DNA of 51,295 nt from Basidiobolus ranarum (taxonomy: Eukaryota): assembly GCA_040143965.1 (NCBI GenBank), contig JASJQH010006891.1:1-51295 (forward strand), written 5' to 3'. Below are positions 1 to 12,547 of this stretch, piece after piece. The notes below the pieces were generated by a model. The model had not been told where the DNA came from. It saw only the letters and a program-made list of their open reading frames with translations, and searched no databases. Both the position numbers and the translations under genes were made by a program. How positions within the stretch are numbered: position 1 is the first letter of the stretch; the number at the start of each line of letters is the position of its first letter.

Positions 1-255
1 TCTTGACAAAACTATAAATGTCAACTTTCTATTCAATAAATCAATAAGTGAAAACCACCAATTCCTCTAATTCTCCAAACCACTTCCAACAGGCTCCCAA
101 ATACTTTAACAATTACAGAGAGTGCAAGCTTGGAGCTCATAACCTGTTTAAGTATTTGGGAGACTGTTGGAAGTGGTTTGGAGAATTAGAGAAATTGGTA
201 GTTTTCACTTATTGATTAATTAAGTATTCATTTGACATTCATAGTTTTGTTAAGA
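1..255. repeat. Long imperfect inverted repeat (111-bp arms, 33-bp spacer); probably the centre of a foldback/MITE-like element that extends beyond the window edge
   Basis: 1-111 aligns without gaps to the reverse complement of 145-255, with about 13 mismatches by manual count. The surrounding DNA has no CpG until ~863. Confidence 0.9.
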
Positions 256-1050
256 TGTAAACAAACTAATTTGTAGAGTGTGTTAAGGAAGATCCCAGGA
301 ACATTTGTGCAAAGTTTGGGGCTTCTTTGAAAAGTCTATATATCTGAGAACTTCCAAGCTGGTAAAAATATTCTAAGTAAATTCCTTATGAGAATAATAG
401 ATAATATCTTAGTGAAAAATAAGATGACTAAGTACTAAGCTATATATGACTATATAGGTGTTTAGGCAATGCTAATTTCAACAATAATTAGGTGAGTGAA
501 ATGTTCAAATTTTCTATCTCAATTACTTTATTTATCTCTAGCAATTCTAAAATTTTTGGATATCAACTACAAGTTAATTACTCATTTGATCTTGGAATAA
601 TATGGCCATATATAGCATGAGGCTTTAGCAAAAGACAGGCAACCAAGCAGTGCCAATGACTGATTTAAGATCAAAGATAGTGCTAGCTATTACTTATAAT
701 ACCTCCAGTGTGAAGTCATCTCTTATAGTGGCAATCTGTATAACTTTAAAAATCAAAAAGAGCTACTTCAAAGCAAGCTTTGCTTCTATCCTGAAATATG
801 AATGTAGTAACAATTCTATGTAGGCATTGGTGTGGAGGTTGTTGCAGGGGAATTATTTACAGCGTTTCAGTGCCATCAGCAATATACTAGTCAATAGTAT
901 TAATTGCCAATAGCGTTTTAGAACTTAATTTTATGTAAAATTCAATGGGATGCTACAGAGCCAATCAACAAGCGATACTAACAGTCAGTTTTTATCAAGT
1001 ATTTGTGACGAAGTCAGGTTGACTATCACTTTATATCAACAAGTGCAAAT

Positions 1051-2253
1051 ATGCGTCGTCGTGGAGTTGGGATTTCTGGTCTACAGCGTCAAGCGCAAAC
1101 CAAGGTATAGTAATGTAGCTTGGTAGCATTTTGAAATATTTTAGAATACGTTCCAAAAGGAAGTAAAGTATAAATCCCCCCCCCCTAAGTAGCCTAAGCT
1201 TACCAATACATACGAAAACTAGGAACAATTCCGTGAAGTTGGCAATGTGATGGCAAGTAAACAGATTGAACAGGTAATTTCAATAGCAAGCAAACACAAC
1301 CTACCTCACTCTCTTTTTTCTACCTTTTAACGTTTATGTTATAAGTTGCAAAGTCAATTGGAACTTTTCAGAACCAATCTCGAAGATTTTGCTCACAAAC
1401 ATCGTAAAGAGATCCGAAAGGATCCAACATTTCGTATGCATTTTCAACGCATGTGTAATAATATTGGAATAGATCCATTGGCTTGTAGGCTTAATTTTGT
1501 AATTTGTTCTTAGCTTGGGTCGATACTTACCGACAAATTGCTGTATATTTTAGCCAACAAAGGTTTTTGGGGGGAATTACTCGGAGTTGGTGATTTTTAC
1601 TACGAACTCGGAATCCAAATTATTCAAGCGTGTATGGCAACAAGAGATATCAATGGTGGTCTAATAGATTTACAAGAACTTAAGCGAATGGTAGAACAGT
1701 CGAGAGGGAAAAATAGTCAAGTGGTTACGGTGTAAGCATTAGTTTGAGGAATATTTATATAGGAATATTTATTTATAACCCACTTTCTCATTAATATTCT
1801 CCGTGGAAATATAACAGTGACGATATTATACGGGCCATTAAAACTCTGAGCCCATTGGGAAGTGGTTTTGCAATTATTCATATTGGTGAACGACAAATGG
1901 TACAATCTGTTCCTAGAGAGCTCAACAAGGATCAATCAGAAGTGCTAGCTCTTGCTCAGGTTAGTATAGAATGGATGCTCTGAAATACCCCATGTATTGA
2001 CTAGTATACCCTTTATGTGTGGTAGGAATCGTCACACGTTAATGCCTCGGCTGTGGAGAATATCTTAGGATGGCCCAAAGAGCGTGTAACTAGTGTCATG
2101 GTAGGCGAGAATTTTGTTTGCATCCTTCAGCTACTTTTATTCACTCACGCACACTCTCTTTAGTCCGATTTACTCACCGATGGACTTTGTTGGGTTGATA
2201 GCCAAACAGAATCCGAAGTAGAATATTGGGTACCCAGTTTTTTTTTGAAATAG
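1051..2253 (+). CDS. SNF8: ESCRT-II subunit Vps22/SNF8 (multi-exon)
   Basis: Spliced translation MRRRGVGISGLQRQAQTK...FAHKHRKEIRKDPTFRMHFQRMCNNIGIDPLA...KGFWGELLGVGDFYYELGIQII...DDIIRAIKTLSPLGSGF...LCWVDSQTESEVEYWVPSFFLK*. Introns are GT-AG. Confidence 0.95.
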
Positions 2254-2470
2254 CTGTTAGTATCGAATGATGATACGAGCACTTTCGTTGATGTATAAAG
2301 AGCACTACCCAATATCACTACCCAATATAAACCAACCATATCACAAGATAAAATTAGAATATTCGATTTTATTTACATAAAAGTACATTTGGTCAGCAGT
2401 ATTCCTGGGTGCGAACAAACCATTTGTGACTACCATCAGATAGATATCGTGGCAAAGAAGCTTAGAAATG

Positions 2471-2827
2471 TCACTGAACGATACCTTTTAAATAGCCATT
2501 AGATCTTATCGAAGGTGTCTTTTTATGAAGGGCGAAGAGGTGTAATTCTACGGGGCGAAATGCTGTACTTTTCTTGTAAAGCTTTAGGTGAAAGGGGCTC
2601 TCAAACTTTAGCGAGGATTCTTTAGAAGCGTGGTAGTTAACGTGATAGCGAAGACCTACCAGAGAGTTAGAGAAAGGCTCAACTAGGCTTACCAAAGAGT
2701 AGTGAGTGGGACTCGGGCCATGGGTATATGTAGACTTTTGATCTTTTTTCCTACAAACTGAGTTGCAATACAATTGCCCCGGAGTTTCTACATGCTTACC
2801 ACAAACGGTACACCAGTCAGAATCCAT
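2471..2827 (-). CDS. Ecl1-family (extender of chronological lifespan) zinc-finger protein
   Basis: From the ATG at 2827: MDSDWCTVCGKHVETPGQLYCNSVCRKKD, the CxxC..LYCxxxCRxxD pattern of the Ecl1 family, followed by a Ser/Pro-rich tail. Single exon. Confidence 0.8.
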   Translation of the reverse strand: MDSDWCTVCGKHVETPGQLYCNSVCRKKDQKSTYTHGPSPTHYSLVSLVEPFSNSLVGLRYHVNYHASKESSLKFESPFHLKLYKKSTAFRPVELHLFALHKKTPSIRSNGYLKGIVQ

Positions 2828-5052
2828 TGAAGCAGAGTCGGTTTTGATAGTATCCGTTAACACTTGTCACTTCAGTTGATACGAAAGCGATGCAAAGAGT
2901 AGTGCAAAGTGGAGAAATGTTTATCAGACAGCGGCTCTTGATGATCAAGTATGAAGCTGAGCCTCTTATAACTTCTCCGACATCCGCGGATCCTTATAGT
3001 CTAATTGACGGATAACATGGTGGTCTATGGCTTCAGTAATTCTGTGATCGAATAGCACATGGAATATTTTCTGAATGCTTTCAAGAGCTGTCTATCCGAT
3101 GATTTCTGATTTCTGGAACTAACCAATATTTCCCATTGAAACGTCATCCCTGCATCATCTTTACAATAGCACCTTCTTTTCTATACAAATTATATTTCTT
3201 GCTGGATAATTTCTAAACACATAGCTCTATTTACAGTATTTATTGATAGGTTGATATATATGGGAAACGTGTCAACCAGTTCGATCTCGATGATTTCCAC
3301 ACAATGTACCTCCTTGGTATCGCTCAGTTCTATTAAATTGCACATCATACCCATAGCGCCATCGATATAAGCAGTATTAACGATTTAAGCAGTATAAACC
3401 ATATAAGCATTACAAATCAGCTTATGGAACCCTGCATTAAATTCCGCTCTTCAAGCAACACCTTTATTTCTATATCAAGCTCTGATTAGTCTACTTTAAA
3501 GCTAAACTAAATCCAGTTCAACAGAATTGGGAATTGCTTTAAGCATGAGAATCTTGTATTTGCATCATTGTGTTAGAGCCAATCAAGAATCCCCACACCA
3601 ATCAACTGCTATGGCGAGCACCCATGTGGTCAGAGGACTTCTCTCTACTTGGCAATATATGAGACCAATCTCCATATCCACCTAAATACCTAATTGCTGC
3701 CGGTATTCTGCTGCCGGTATTCCACCTGAATGAATCGAACTGTTGTCACCTTGACTGGTAGAAATTCCGTTTAATTACGTGACCATTTTTTCGTTATCAG
3801 ACTGCCTTAAACTCCGCATTCTTCGGATTAGGTAACCTATCAAGTGACGATGGAAATGCATCATCTATCTAAGGGAGATGCATCTTTGTTATCAATCTGG
3901 TCGTATCTCGAGTGCTATGAATTAGATTGTACAGAAAGCAACACAACCGCTACTTTAGTATCATCATTTCTATCAAAAAATCGCTTAGAAATGCTACCAA
4001 TCTCTAGGTTCTCTGCAACTATGTATGGTACTATTGTGGGCAGTATTTTGTCAAGTGTTTGTTCCAAATGAGGTGATTATTTGGAAATGTTGAGGCGATA
4101 GAGTAGGCGTTCTTGATTGGGCAGAATATCAGTGTAGCCATGCAGATGGAATGTTGAAACCAGACTATGTGCAAGCCCATTTGGTTTACTTCGAATTCCG
4201 TTAATATTGCACTTGCATTCGTTTAAGATACTCATGATCTAGTCCAGCCACAGATCATTTCTATCATTGCTTCATTAACAAGACAGGTAAGAATTCACTT
4301 TGGTTAGGTAAAATGAAGTTCTATGCTACAGTACCTTGCCATACTAGCTAGTGTCTTATCTGAATCCACAAGCATGGTATATGTAATATTGGCTGGATAT
4401 ACATGGTATCTCAGAAACAGAGGTCAATACCCCTGGACCACATCTCATGGCAATCAATGTTAATATATGCCCAGGAATAATCACACTATCGCTAATAAAC
4501 TCACTGATTATGCATTGCGCGATAGTATTCACTGATCGTGGTTGCCTAGTTGTAAGAGCAATCCTTATTTAACTGAATATATCAAAATATTTACAACATT
4601 CCTTAATGGTGAAAGATAGGTAATATATCAAATACCGACGCTTGAAAGGAGATATGAGTTGATTACATTCACAGTCAACAGCACTCCAATTGTAGTATTT
4701 GTATATACAGACTATCGATATTACATAACAATTAAAATACTAGAGAAGAGTAATTGATAGAAATCTATCACCTTTGGAGTTACTGGCAACTGCGAAAGAT
4801 TGATGAATTGAAAAGCCTATGATTCTCAAGTTCTATATAATCGCATCCAGTGTTGAAGTGTACCTCTTGCAAAATTGAACTTTGCTGGCAACTATTTAGT
4901 AGAATGACAAAATTAAGAAGGTAATAGGGTCTTTAATTAACAATTGGATATCATAGCAGATGTATGGATAAAAGTGCAAAAACAGGTACAAACTAATGTC
5001 AGGGATAGAATTCTTTCACAAAGTAAAGGTGCTTTAACATACTCACTTTCGT

Positions 5053-7274
5053 TTATAACTCATCATGAAGATTAGATGCCTCTGGTGCTAATGAACTTTC
5101 CTCTACACTGGCACCAGAGCTTTCACTCTCATCGGTAGGCTTACCATGGTCACTATGTGTTGGGACATCACCATCAACATTTTGAATAGTATCACAAACG
5201 GCTGGTGAGACCATATGCATATGGTACTCACATTTCTCGGGTTCGCTCACTGAAGTAACTTCATTCTTACCACCACAAGTCAAGTAAAGCTGTCAAACTT
5301 GGTTAATCTCATATAATATTTGGAGTATTTCAACATGCAAAATGGTAGCTTGCCTTCAACGAACGCTCAGGGCCATTCCAACATCTGATTCCTTGATCAT
5401 AAACTTGTTCCTTGTAATGATCAGGATGGGTGTCTTCAGTATTACTCCAACGAGAAAATTTCCTGAACGGTATTTGTATCTATGTTAATGGAATGTGATA
5501 AAGAAAATCACGTTGTATTATTATCAAGCCATACCCTAAATGAACTGTGTTGTAGTCCTTGTTACTTTTTTGCGTAGCAGAACCGAACATGCAAACTTCG
5601 TATGTGTATCTTCATTGATGGGACTCGATTAGCCTACTTGTAAATAGAGAAATACATCCGAATAGACTTACTCTCCAGAATTATATTCGAAACATTGATC
5701 AGCAAGTTCTGCAAACTCTTCTTCGTGGCCGAAATCTAGCTCCAATTTACGCTCAATCTCCTGTACTTTAAGTTCGACCTCTGACTTCTCTCTGTCTTCT
5801 TTTTCGTAGGCCTCTCTAGCTTCCTTGGCATCTTATAAACAGATATATAGTGAGTATAGGGTTTTTCAATTTGTTATAAAAGAGAATATCCACCGCTAAA
5901 CTTGCCACGATAGGCACCCAAATTAATCTTCGAGCTCAACCCAACGAAACGAGCGACATTATTCAATTGATCCTGAACTGGTTGGAAGATGCGTCCCAAC
6001 CAATGATCTATAAATTATATCGCAAGTGACGGTAGAAAGAAAAAGAAAAATGTGAATCCGGTGGTTACTGCTTATTCTCTATTTGAAACGGACTATTTAG
6101 ATGAAATATTGAGTATTACCTTGAGATTCTTCTTCCTCTACTTCACCCTCTTCTTCTTCAACAACATCTAGATCATCCTCATCATAGCTGTAATCGTCGA
6201 AATCTGATGAGGGTTGTGTTTCAGTAAATTCATCGTATCCAGAGATAGCGCTTTTCACCGCCAAATCGTGGTAATTTTGATTATGATTTTCTTTCAAGTC
6301 TTTGAGGATTCCAGTCAACGTATCGATCTGTCCCTCCAACACGTTAATCCTATCCCGGAGACCTGTAATCTTCTCTGAACTCTTTCTCTTCTTTTGTGCA
6401 TACTCTAAAAGGATGATGGTAGAAATCATAAGAGATATATTCAATATCAATACAAAGGTAGACCTATCATATGATACGGATCACATACTTTGCTTCCAGT
6501 TAACTTTAGCATATTTCTCCGCTTCCTCCAATCCATCTTTAACGGCTATTATGAAAACCAGTGAAATAGTTAAAGAAAATTTCCTAAAAGTATACAAGTC
6601 AAAACGAATATGACTGCTTACCTCTTAACTCTTCAACTTTACTTGTTAAAGCGGTCAATCTTTCTTTTAACTGGACAAGCTCGGCTTTACGAGTCTCCTT
6701 TAATTTAATACCCTTTGCTATGTATTCAGCCTTTACTCTTCCACCCTCAGATTGAAGGCGATTTTTTTCAGCCAACTCTTGACGGTATTTAAGACCAACT
6801 TCCTCGCATATATTAGGACAACTAATGAACCCATTATATTCGTCAGTTCCATCACAACAATCAGGGTCACAAACACCATCATTGACACGAGAAGAACTAA
6901 TATCTACTGCAGTATGGCCAGGATTTTTACAGTGAAAAGTGGAGTTGGGGCAAGCAGAGGTGCCTGGTTCATCAGAACCGTCGGGACAATCGCAATAATC
7001 GTCGTTAAGTGAAGTATAAGGAATAACTTTGGAACCATCTAAGCAACGGAAAGCACCATCTACAGGAGTATAAAGCTCTTTCTCTAAAAAGAATTAACCA
7101 AATTACATACAAGATCTTTAATACATGTAAAAATAGGAATATTGATGAAGAATAGAAAAATTACTAACTAGCTTCAGATACCCCTAAAAGTGGATCGACT
7201 TTTTCAAAAGTAACGACAGCTTGTGATATGGCAAAGAGAGTTGAGAGCAAGGCAAAGTGTGTAATGGGCTTCAT
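5053..7274 (-). CDS. GTB1: Glucosidase II beta subunit (PRKCSH/Gtb1), multi-exon
   Basis: Signal peptide MKPITHFALLSTLFAISQA; LNDDYCDCPDGSDEPGTSACPNS; coiled coil; MRH domain CWNGPERSLK...CGGKNEVTSVSEPEKCEY; C-terminal HDEL. Confidence 0.95.
5290..5353 (-). other. GC-AG intron in GTB1
   Basis: AAG|GCAAGC...GACAG|CTT joins CWNGPERSLK to LYLTCGGKNE in frame. Confidence 0.85.
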
Positions 7275-7668
7275 GATTCGTCGAATTTGTAGGAAAATTT
7301 ATGTGTTAACTTGGACACCTTTTGAAAAAGACCTATCTTCGAAGAAAATAAAGTTACTTCTGAGGGAGAACTAATTTAACTATAACTTCAGCACAATCTA
7401 ACTCTATTCTAAGGTGGCTCAGATTTCCAAGAATCAATACTAATTATTTCATCAATTCGTAACGTATCTGACGCAAAATTATTGGTAAATGCCATTCAAT
7501 TTTGGACTATCCCGTAAATTTATGGGTGGATATTTGAGATGGCAAAAGCTGATTCGACTAATAATTTTCAAAAATATCGATAATCATGGTCATGACGTTT
7601 AATATCCTGAGGTAAAGCAAAAATGTCTAAGCTATATACATATATACATTTTAAAATTCAATGAGATA

Positions 7669-8539
7669 TCAAACATATGGAATGGAATGTAAATCCTCTT
7701 GTAAACTTTGCAAGTATACTAAATTCATCCGAGAGATCTCAGTCAGTTGAGAAATTTGAGAAACTCGTTTCGATTCCTCATATCTTTTCTCATCTCGACA
7801 CGCTTGGATCACCACAAGTGTTGCTAAAACTGCAAATACATCTATAGCAGTGAATGAGAATAGGACGATGTATATCTGTTGTAGATATGTCTTGATGTAT
7901 TCATGAATCGCATTTGCACAGCCAGGAAGCCCCGTTGGAGGATATTCACATAGTGGGGAGGCAGCGGGGAAATCCATCTCGTCGTTATATCCACAACATT
8001 GGCTCTATTATCACAGATTTGGATGAGTATAGAGTGTACGAAATTAATCATGATGAACGAAACTAACCGCTTCTTGAAATACAGAACGCAAGGTCGAGTC
8101 CCATCCCCTCCACTTCACCGAGTAGCTTTCGTCAATAGTAAGCGTATTGAAGTAAGCGCAGCCACCGAGGATCAATTGAACGATAAGTGTAATTGCCACC
8201 AGCCAAATGAAAAATGTGAGCAACCCTTTACGCTTTAGAGGTTTTAAGAAACCAAGAAACCCTATTAAACTAGTTAGTATTATAAAACTTCCCAGTGTTA
8301 AGCTACCTATAAGAGAAAGACCAAATGTCCTAGAGTCAGAATAGATAGAAGTTTATTTCAAGGCTGCTGCTAAAGTTACCAATAATCATTTCAGTTGATA
8401 TGACAGTTGCCCGGCGCTTCATAGGAGTAACGAGGAAATAATACCCAAATCCTCCTAGCACTCCACCAGTGGCTATAAAGAGTGCTATGGAAGCAAAAAG
8501 TATCAATTTCATAGTAAATGTTATTAGACTTACTGCCAT
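7669..8539 (-). CDS. Tetraspanin family protein (3 exons)
   Basis: Four hydrophobic segments. The large extracellular loop after splicing reads VFQEA|SQCCGYNDEMDFPAASPLCE...GC, with the CCG motif and additional cysteines. Confidence 0.85.
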
Positions 8540-9283
8540 GGCTATTTTTTCTATCAATTGAAGAAGTCAAGAGTGAAGTTATGATGGAAGACGTGTTCGA
8601 ATTCGGGTAGTGAGTATTTGTAACAGACGATAGGTAACTCAATCAAAAGTACTCCTTGGCGTATATTCGACTATTTATTTTGAAATTCAAACTAGAATGA
8701 CGCCTCACAAAAGTAGATGAAGAAAGGTGTCATTGTGTAATGTTGAATGAATGCAAGTGCTTTCCAGTTAAAGTTGATCCGATAGCCCTCGAAATACCAT
8801 AAAAGTGTTGGTGGCATGTAATATTTCAGCTCATTATTTACCATTTAATGAAACCTGAATTCTCGAGCATATTTTGTGCATGTCGGTTTGTTTACATCTT
8901 GCTATTATGGCAAATTTCGGCCATATCTATTGGTCGTCAATTGGACCAATCATGCCTATTCATGCAGGCGATCAAAAGCATCTTTGTGTGTTCAAGAAAC
9001 TAGTGATATTAAGAGAAGATAAGTGAAAGTATGTATGGTTCTTTACTTGGCTGGTCCAGCAGTCGCATAAGTAAAGATCTATGTCTATGTCTATTTCTAT
9101 TTCTATGATTAAGCGTAAATATTACATTAAAGGTAGTAGAAAAGTATACATCTATTAGCATTCTACATGATCAAATCGAATCTGTCTAGTTTGCTCTAAA
9201 TCCATTGCAGCAGTTGTACCACCATCGCTTAGCGTATTATATTCTATGTCGCGTGTCGCGTAAGATGAGATGGATCATAATCA

Positions 9284-9658
9284 CTAATGAGAAAGTATAT
9301 TGCGATTTTCGTGTTCTCTTATTAGTGCCGGTGTTAGAGACATTCGAATAGTGTATTCCGAGTTGTCACTCTCCAAAAGGTCATCAAACGAAATACGGAC
9401 ACCCGAGACGCTAGTCAATGAGCGTTGATGAGTATGTGGGTTGGATGGAGACGGTAAAGGTGCTGAGCTCATAACACAACTATCACTCATAGAGCGAGTA
9501 AGCACAGAAGGTACTGGGATGATGTTAAGTAACAGTTCCGGTTCTGTGGGAATTTGAGAATGGCGCTTAGAACGGGATACTTGAGGAGACCGAGCGACTC
9601 GGAGAAGCTTTTTCAAAAATGAAGATTTCTTTACACATTGTTTGTAATCTTCGTCCAT
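9284..9658 (-). CDS. Hypothetical 124-aa protein
   Basis: Intact ORF from the ATG at 9658, with a TATAAAA ~145 bp upstream. It is Ser/Pro-rich and ends in ISFDDLLESDNSEYTIRMSLTP. Confidence 0.65.
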   Translation of the reverse strand: MDEDYKQCVKKSSFLKKLLRVARSPQVSRSKRHSQIPTEPELLLNIIPVPSVLTRSMSDSCVMSSAPLPSPSNPHTHQRSLTSVSGVRISFDDLLESDNSEYTIRMSLTPALIREHENRNILSH

Positions 9659-11282
9659 ATTCAAATACAGTCAGAAAGTGACTTGAATCAAGTGAATTCA
9701 ATTGATTTGAAAAAGGATATATGAATGAAGTACGCTACGGAAGCCAAAGAAAGTAAAATAGGAGCAGAGTGAAGATCTTACGATTGTGGGTCTGCGCTGA
9801 CTTTTATACCTTTCAGATTGGAAAATACCTGTCAATTCACATACAAAATCACACAATAACGACAAGTAAAAATCTCCTCGAAACCAAACCTGATAATTCC
9901 TCAAGGTTTCAAAGAATTTGGATGGAGGATGTGACGTAAATTCATAACAGTTGGAAAGAAAAGCAGTGAATTCTGTTTGGGCTTATTATGATCCGATCGA
10001 AAAGTTATAACAAAGCCACAGACCATACAACGCCCCACGATAATAGGGGAAAGAATGTGAACTTCACCAGTCAGCTTGCATTATGTCGTAGCATAATAGT
10101 AATGCAAAGAGGGTTTGATTATATTAACCCTACAGAACCCTACATGTTCCTACATATTCCTTTCAATATCTCCAAATTAGCACCAAGAGAATATAGTCTA
10201 AACATAGGTACAATTGATTAGAATGCTTTGTACAATAGCCCTTGTTATAGTTCCTTTTCTTGTATGTGAAAGAATGAGCCACGAACGCACCAAACTGGCC
10301 TTGCCCCTGGTTGTAATGCACAAAGAGCACCACATGGGGATTTCCAGGCGACATAGGAGCAGGTTTGCTCCCTGTCAGATTAGTCCAATATTAGGTTACC
10401 TGACAGTAAGATTCTATAAGCTTTTAAACTTTCTGACGCGATGTCTTATACCTTCAAGGCTTCACGTATCGAACTGTACAGTCTATCCACATGTGAATTG
10501 GTGGATATTTTGAAACATTCGTTAGGGAAATTTGAGCCACCCTCAAGTATGCTTTTGCGTAAAAACGCCTTTCCCTCGACAAACAACTGAGTATTTACGT
10601 CATAAATCTTAGGGCGCATGCTACAACTAGCTGTGAGTTTCTTAGGAGAGTACATCATATTTCCAAAATATAATAGGACCTCCTTACCCCATCCCAACCA
10701 CCCAGATTATGCCGAACTCAGATTATGCAGAAGAATTTCTTTTGCTTTCAACCAATGCTCTCTCCGCATATAAGATGATCGTAGCTGTGATGATTTCAGA
10801 GAACTGCTATATTAAGGAGTGCACTCACAACGCAAATGTTACAGTGATTTTCAACATAATTTAAATTCCGGAAACGATTTATTTGCTGTAGATTGATTTC
10901 TTGGAAACATTGTTTAGTATCATAGAGAGGTCCAAACAATCAAAGCAACCTTCTCGACAATCAGACAATGGTGAGAAATGGATGTCGCCCAAGTGGGTCT
11001 CTAACGTAAAATGTTTGTTGACCAAATAGACCTCAAGTGGAATACAGAACATCTATGATTCTTAAGGCACAATACGATAAGTGCTGGGATCGGTAAACAA
11101 TGTTCAGTTATTAGTACTTGGTGCATTGCTCGTTTATTATAATCTTCTAACCGCCCTAACCCGCTTCTGATAGATAAGAAAAAATCCACTACGCATCAAA
11201 AGTAGAGAGATGGAAATGATATAAAGCAATAGAGATATGCTATTTGGATGAAGAAAAGCTCCGCGAGAGAGATAGTAGCTGT

Positions 11283-12138
11283 TTACATATGCTCCTCGTC
11301 AGAATCCTCCAAAATGAAACCTGGGTCTTCCGTCTGAACGGATTCGAGATTGGTTTCATCCAGAGAGTTACGAACATCGGCAAAATCAATCGTGTTGTTT
11401 CTGGCACTCAAGTGGCGCTTATTTCTTAAGTGCATATATATATAAGTATCTCAAACTCAGTCCCAATATAATAAAAACTGGCTTACTTTCTTAGAGCGCT
11501 AAATAATCTGAAGAATTGAATTGAGTTACGAATCACCAAGAATATGGTTCCTGCCAATTCTTCACGTCCAGCATATCGTGAACAGCCATGACTTAAAAAT
11601 ATCAACGTCATAATACAGAGAAGTACAATGATGATATCGAAGATGTTCAGCCACCAGCGCCAAAACGCCTATTGAAACGTGTTTCAGTATTCGTTGGCAG
11701 AGAGAAAAGAAACTTACACATCACTTACGCGACCCATGCTCAACATACGGATCCCGACTTCTATAATCATCGTGACGTTTATAATGATTTCTAGTATAAT
11801 GAAGAAACTCCCTGGGCTAAATGTGATACATGTCAGTACAAATGGAGTAAATGAACTTTATAAAGGACCTACCACTCATATTTGATGGACTATTATGCAG
11901 AAGTTACGAATACCAAGAGGCGATAAAGTTGAGGTAAGTAAGAAATCAACGAATTGTTCACATTAAATATTAGCCCATACCAAGATTACTGAAATAAGTG
12001 AGAGGATTGCCATTATGATGTAGAGGAACGTATAAAATCTCGAATACACAATTTGGTTAGCCATATTGCGAATCTGTTCACTTCGAGTCAAGCCACGAAT
12101 TTGACTAAAAAATGACAAAGTAAAATTAGATACTTCAT
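11283..12138 (-). CDS. Small 4-TM ion-transport/voltage-sensor-like membrane protein (6 exons; not in ORF track)
   Basis: Spliced: MNQIRGLTRSEQIRNMANQIVYSRFYTFLYIIMAILSLISVILSIKYECPGSFFIILEIIINVTMIIEVGIRMLSMGRAFWRWWLNIFDIIIVLLCIMTLIFLSHGCSRYAGREELAGTIFLVIRNSIQFFRLFSALRKNKRH...DSDEEHM*. All five introns are GT-AG and in frame. Confidence 0.8.
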
Positions 12139-12547
12139 TTGCTCAACAGACGTTTTGTCGAGTTTACCTCTCGCCTAGAAATTGATATCTGTCTTCGGCA
12201 ATTGGAGGCATGTTGCTTATTAATTTTCCTGCAGGTTTTTAGATTTATAATATAGTCTAGTAGGTATGCTCTGGTGTCAGATGTGTTTCTATAGCTGTCC
12301 AAGTTATGGTATCTAAATCGTGAGTGGTTGGTTGTCGGATTGACCACAGTGAGGTACACAAAGGTAGGTCTTTCTCCAAAGAATCTAAATTTAATGTGAT
12401 AAAAAGTATATCAGATGAGGAAAAATACTAATTAGCATTGAGAGTATTGTATATCTATATAGCACTATTATTTCAGAGAAAGAATACTGTTGAAAAAGAT
12501 GGATAAATCGAGTAATCATGGTTTAACTGATGATTACCTAGTAGTTT

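Noticed and set aside
9653-9720. ATATCCTTTT on the minus strand, resembling an AT-AC U12 donor
   Set aside because: It lies in a pyrimidine-rich putative 5' UTR with no good TCCTTAAC branch site. Splicing to the nearest plausible AC would remove the ATG, with no upstream ATG after the TATA box.
9698-11189. Short ORFs and a C-box-like GTGATGA (~10787) in this intergenic region
   Set aside because: The ORFs show no recognisable motifs, and there is no D box at snoRNA spacing.
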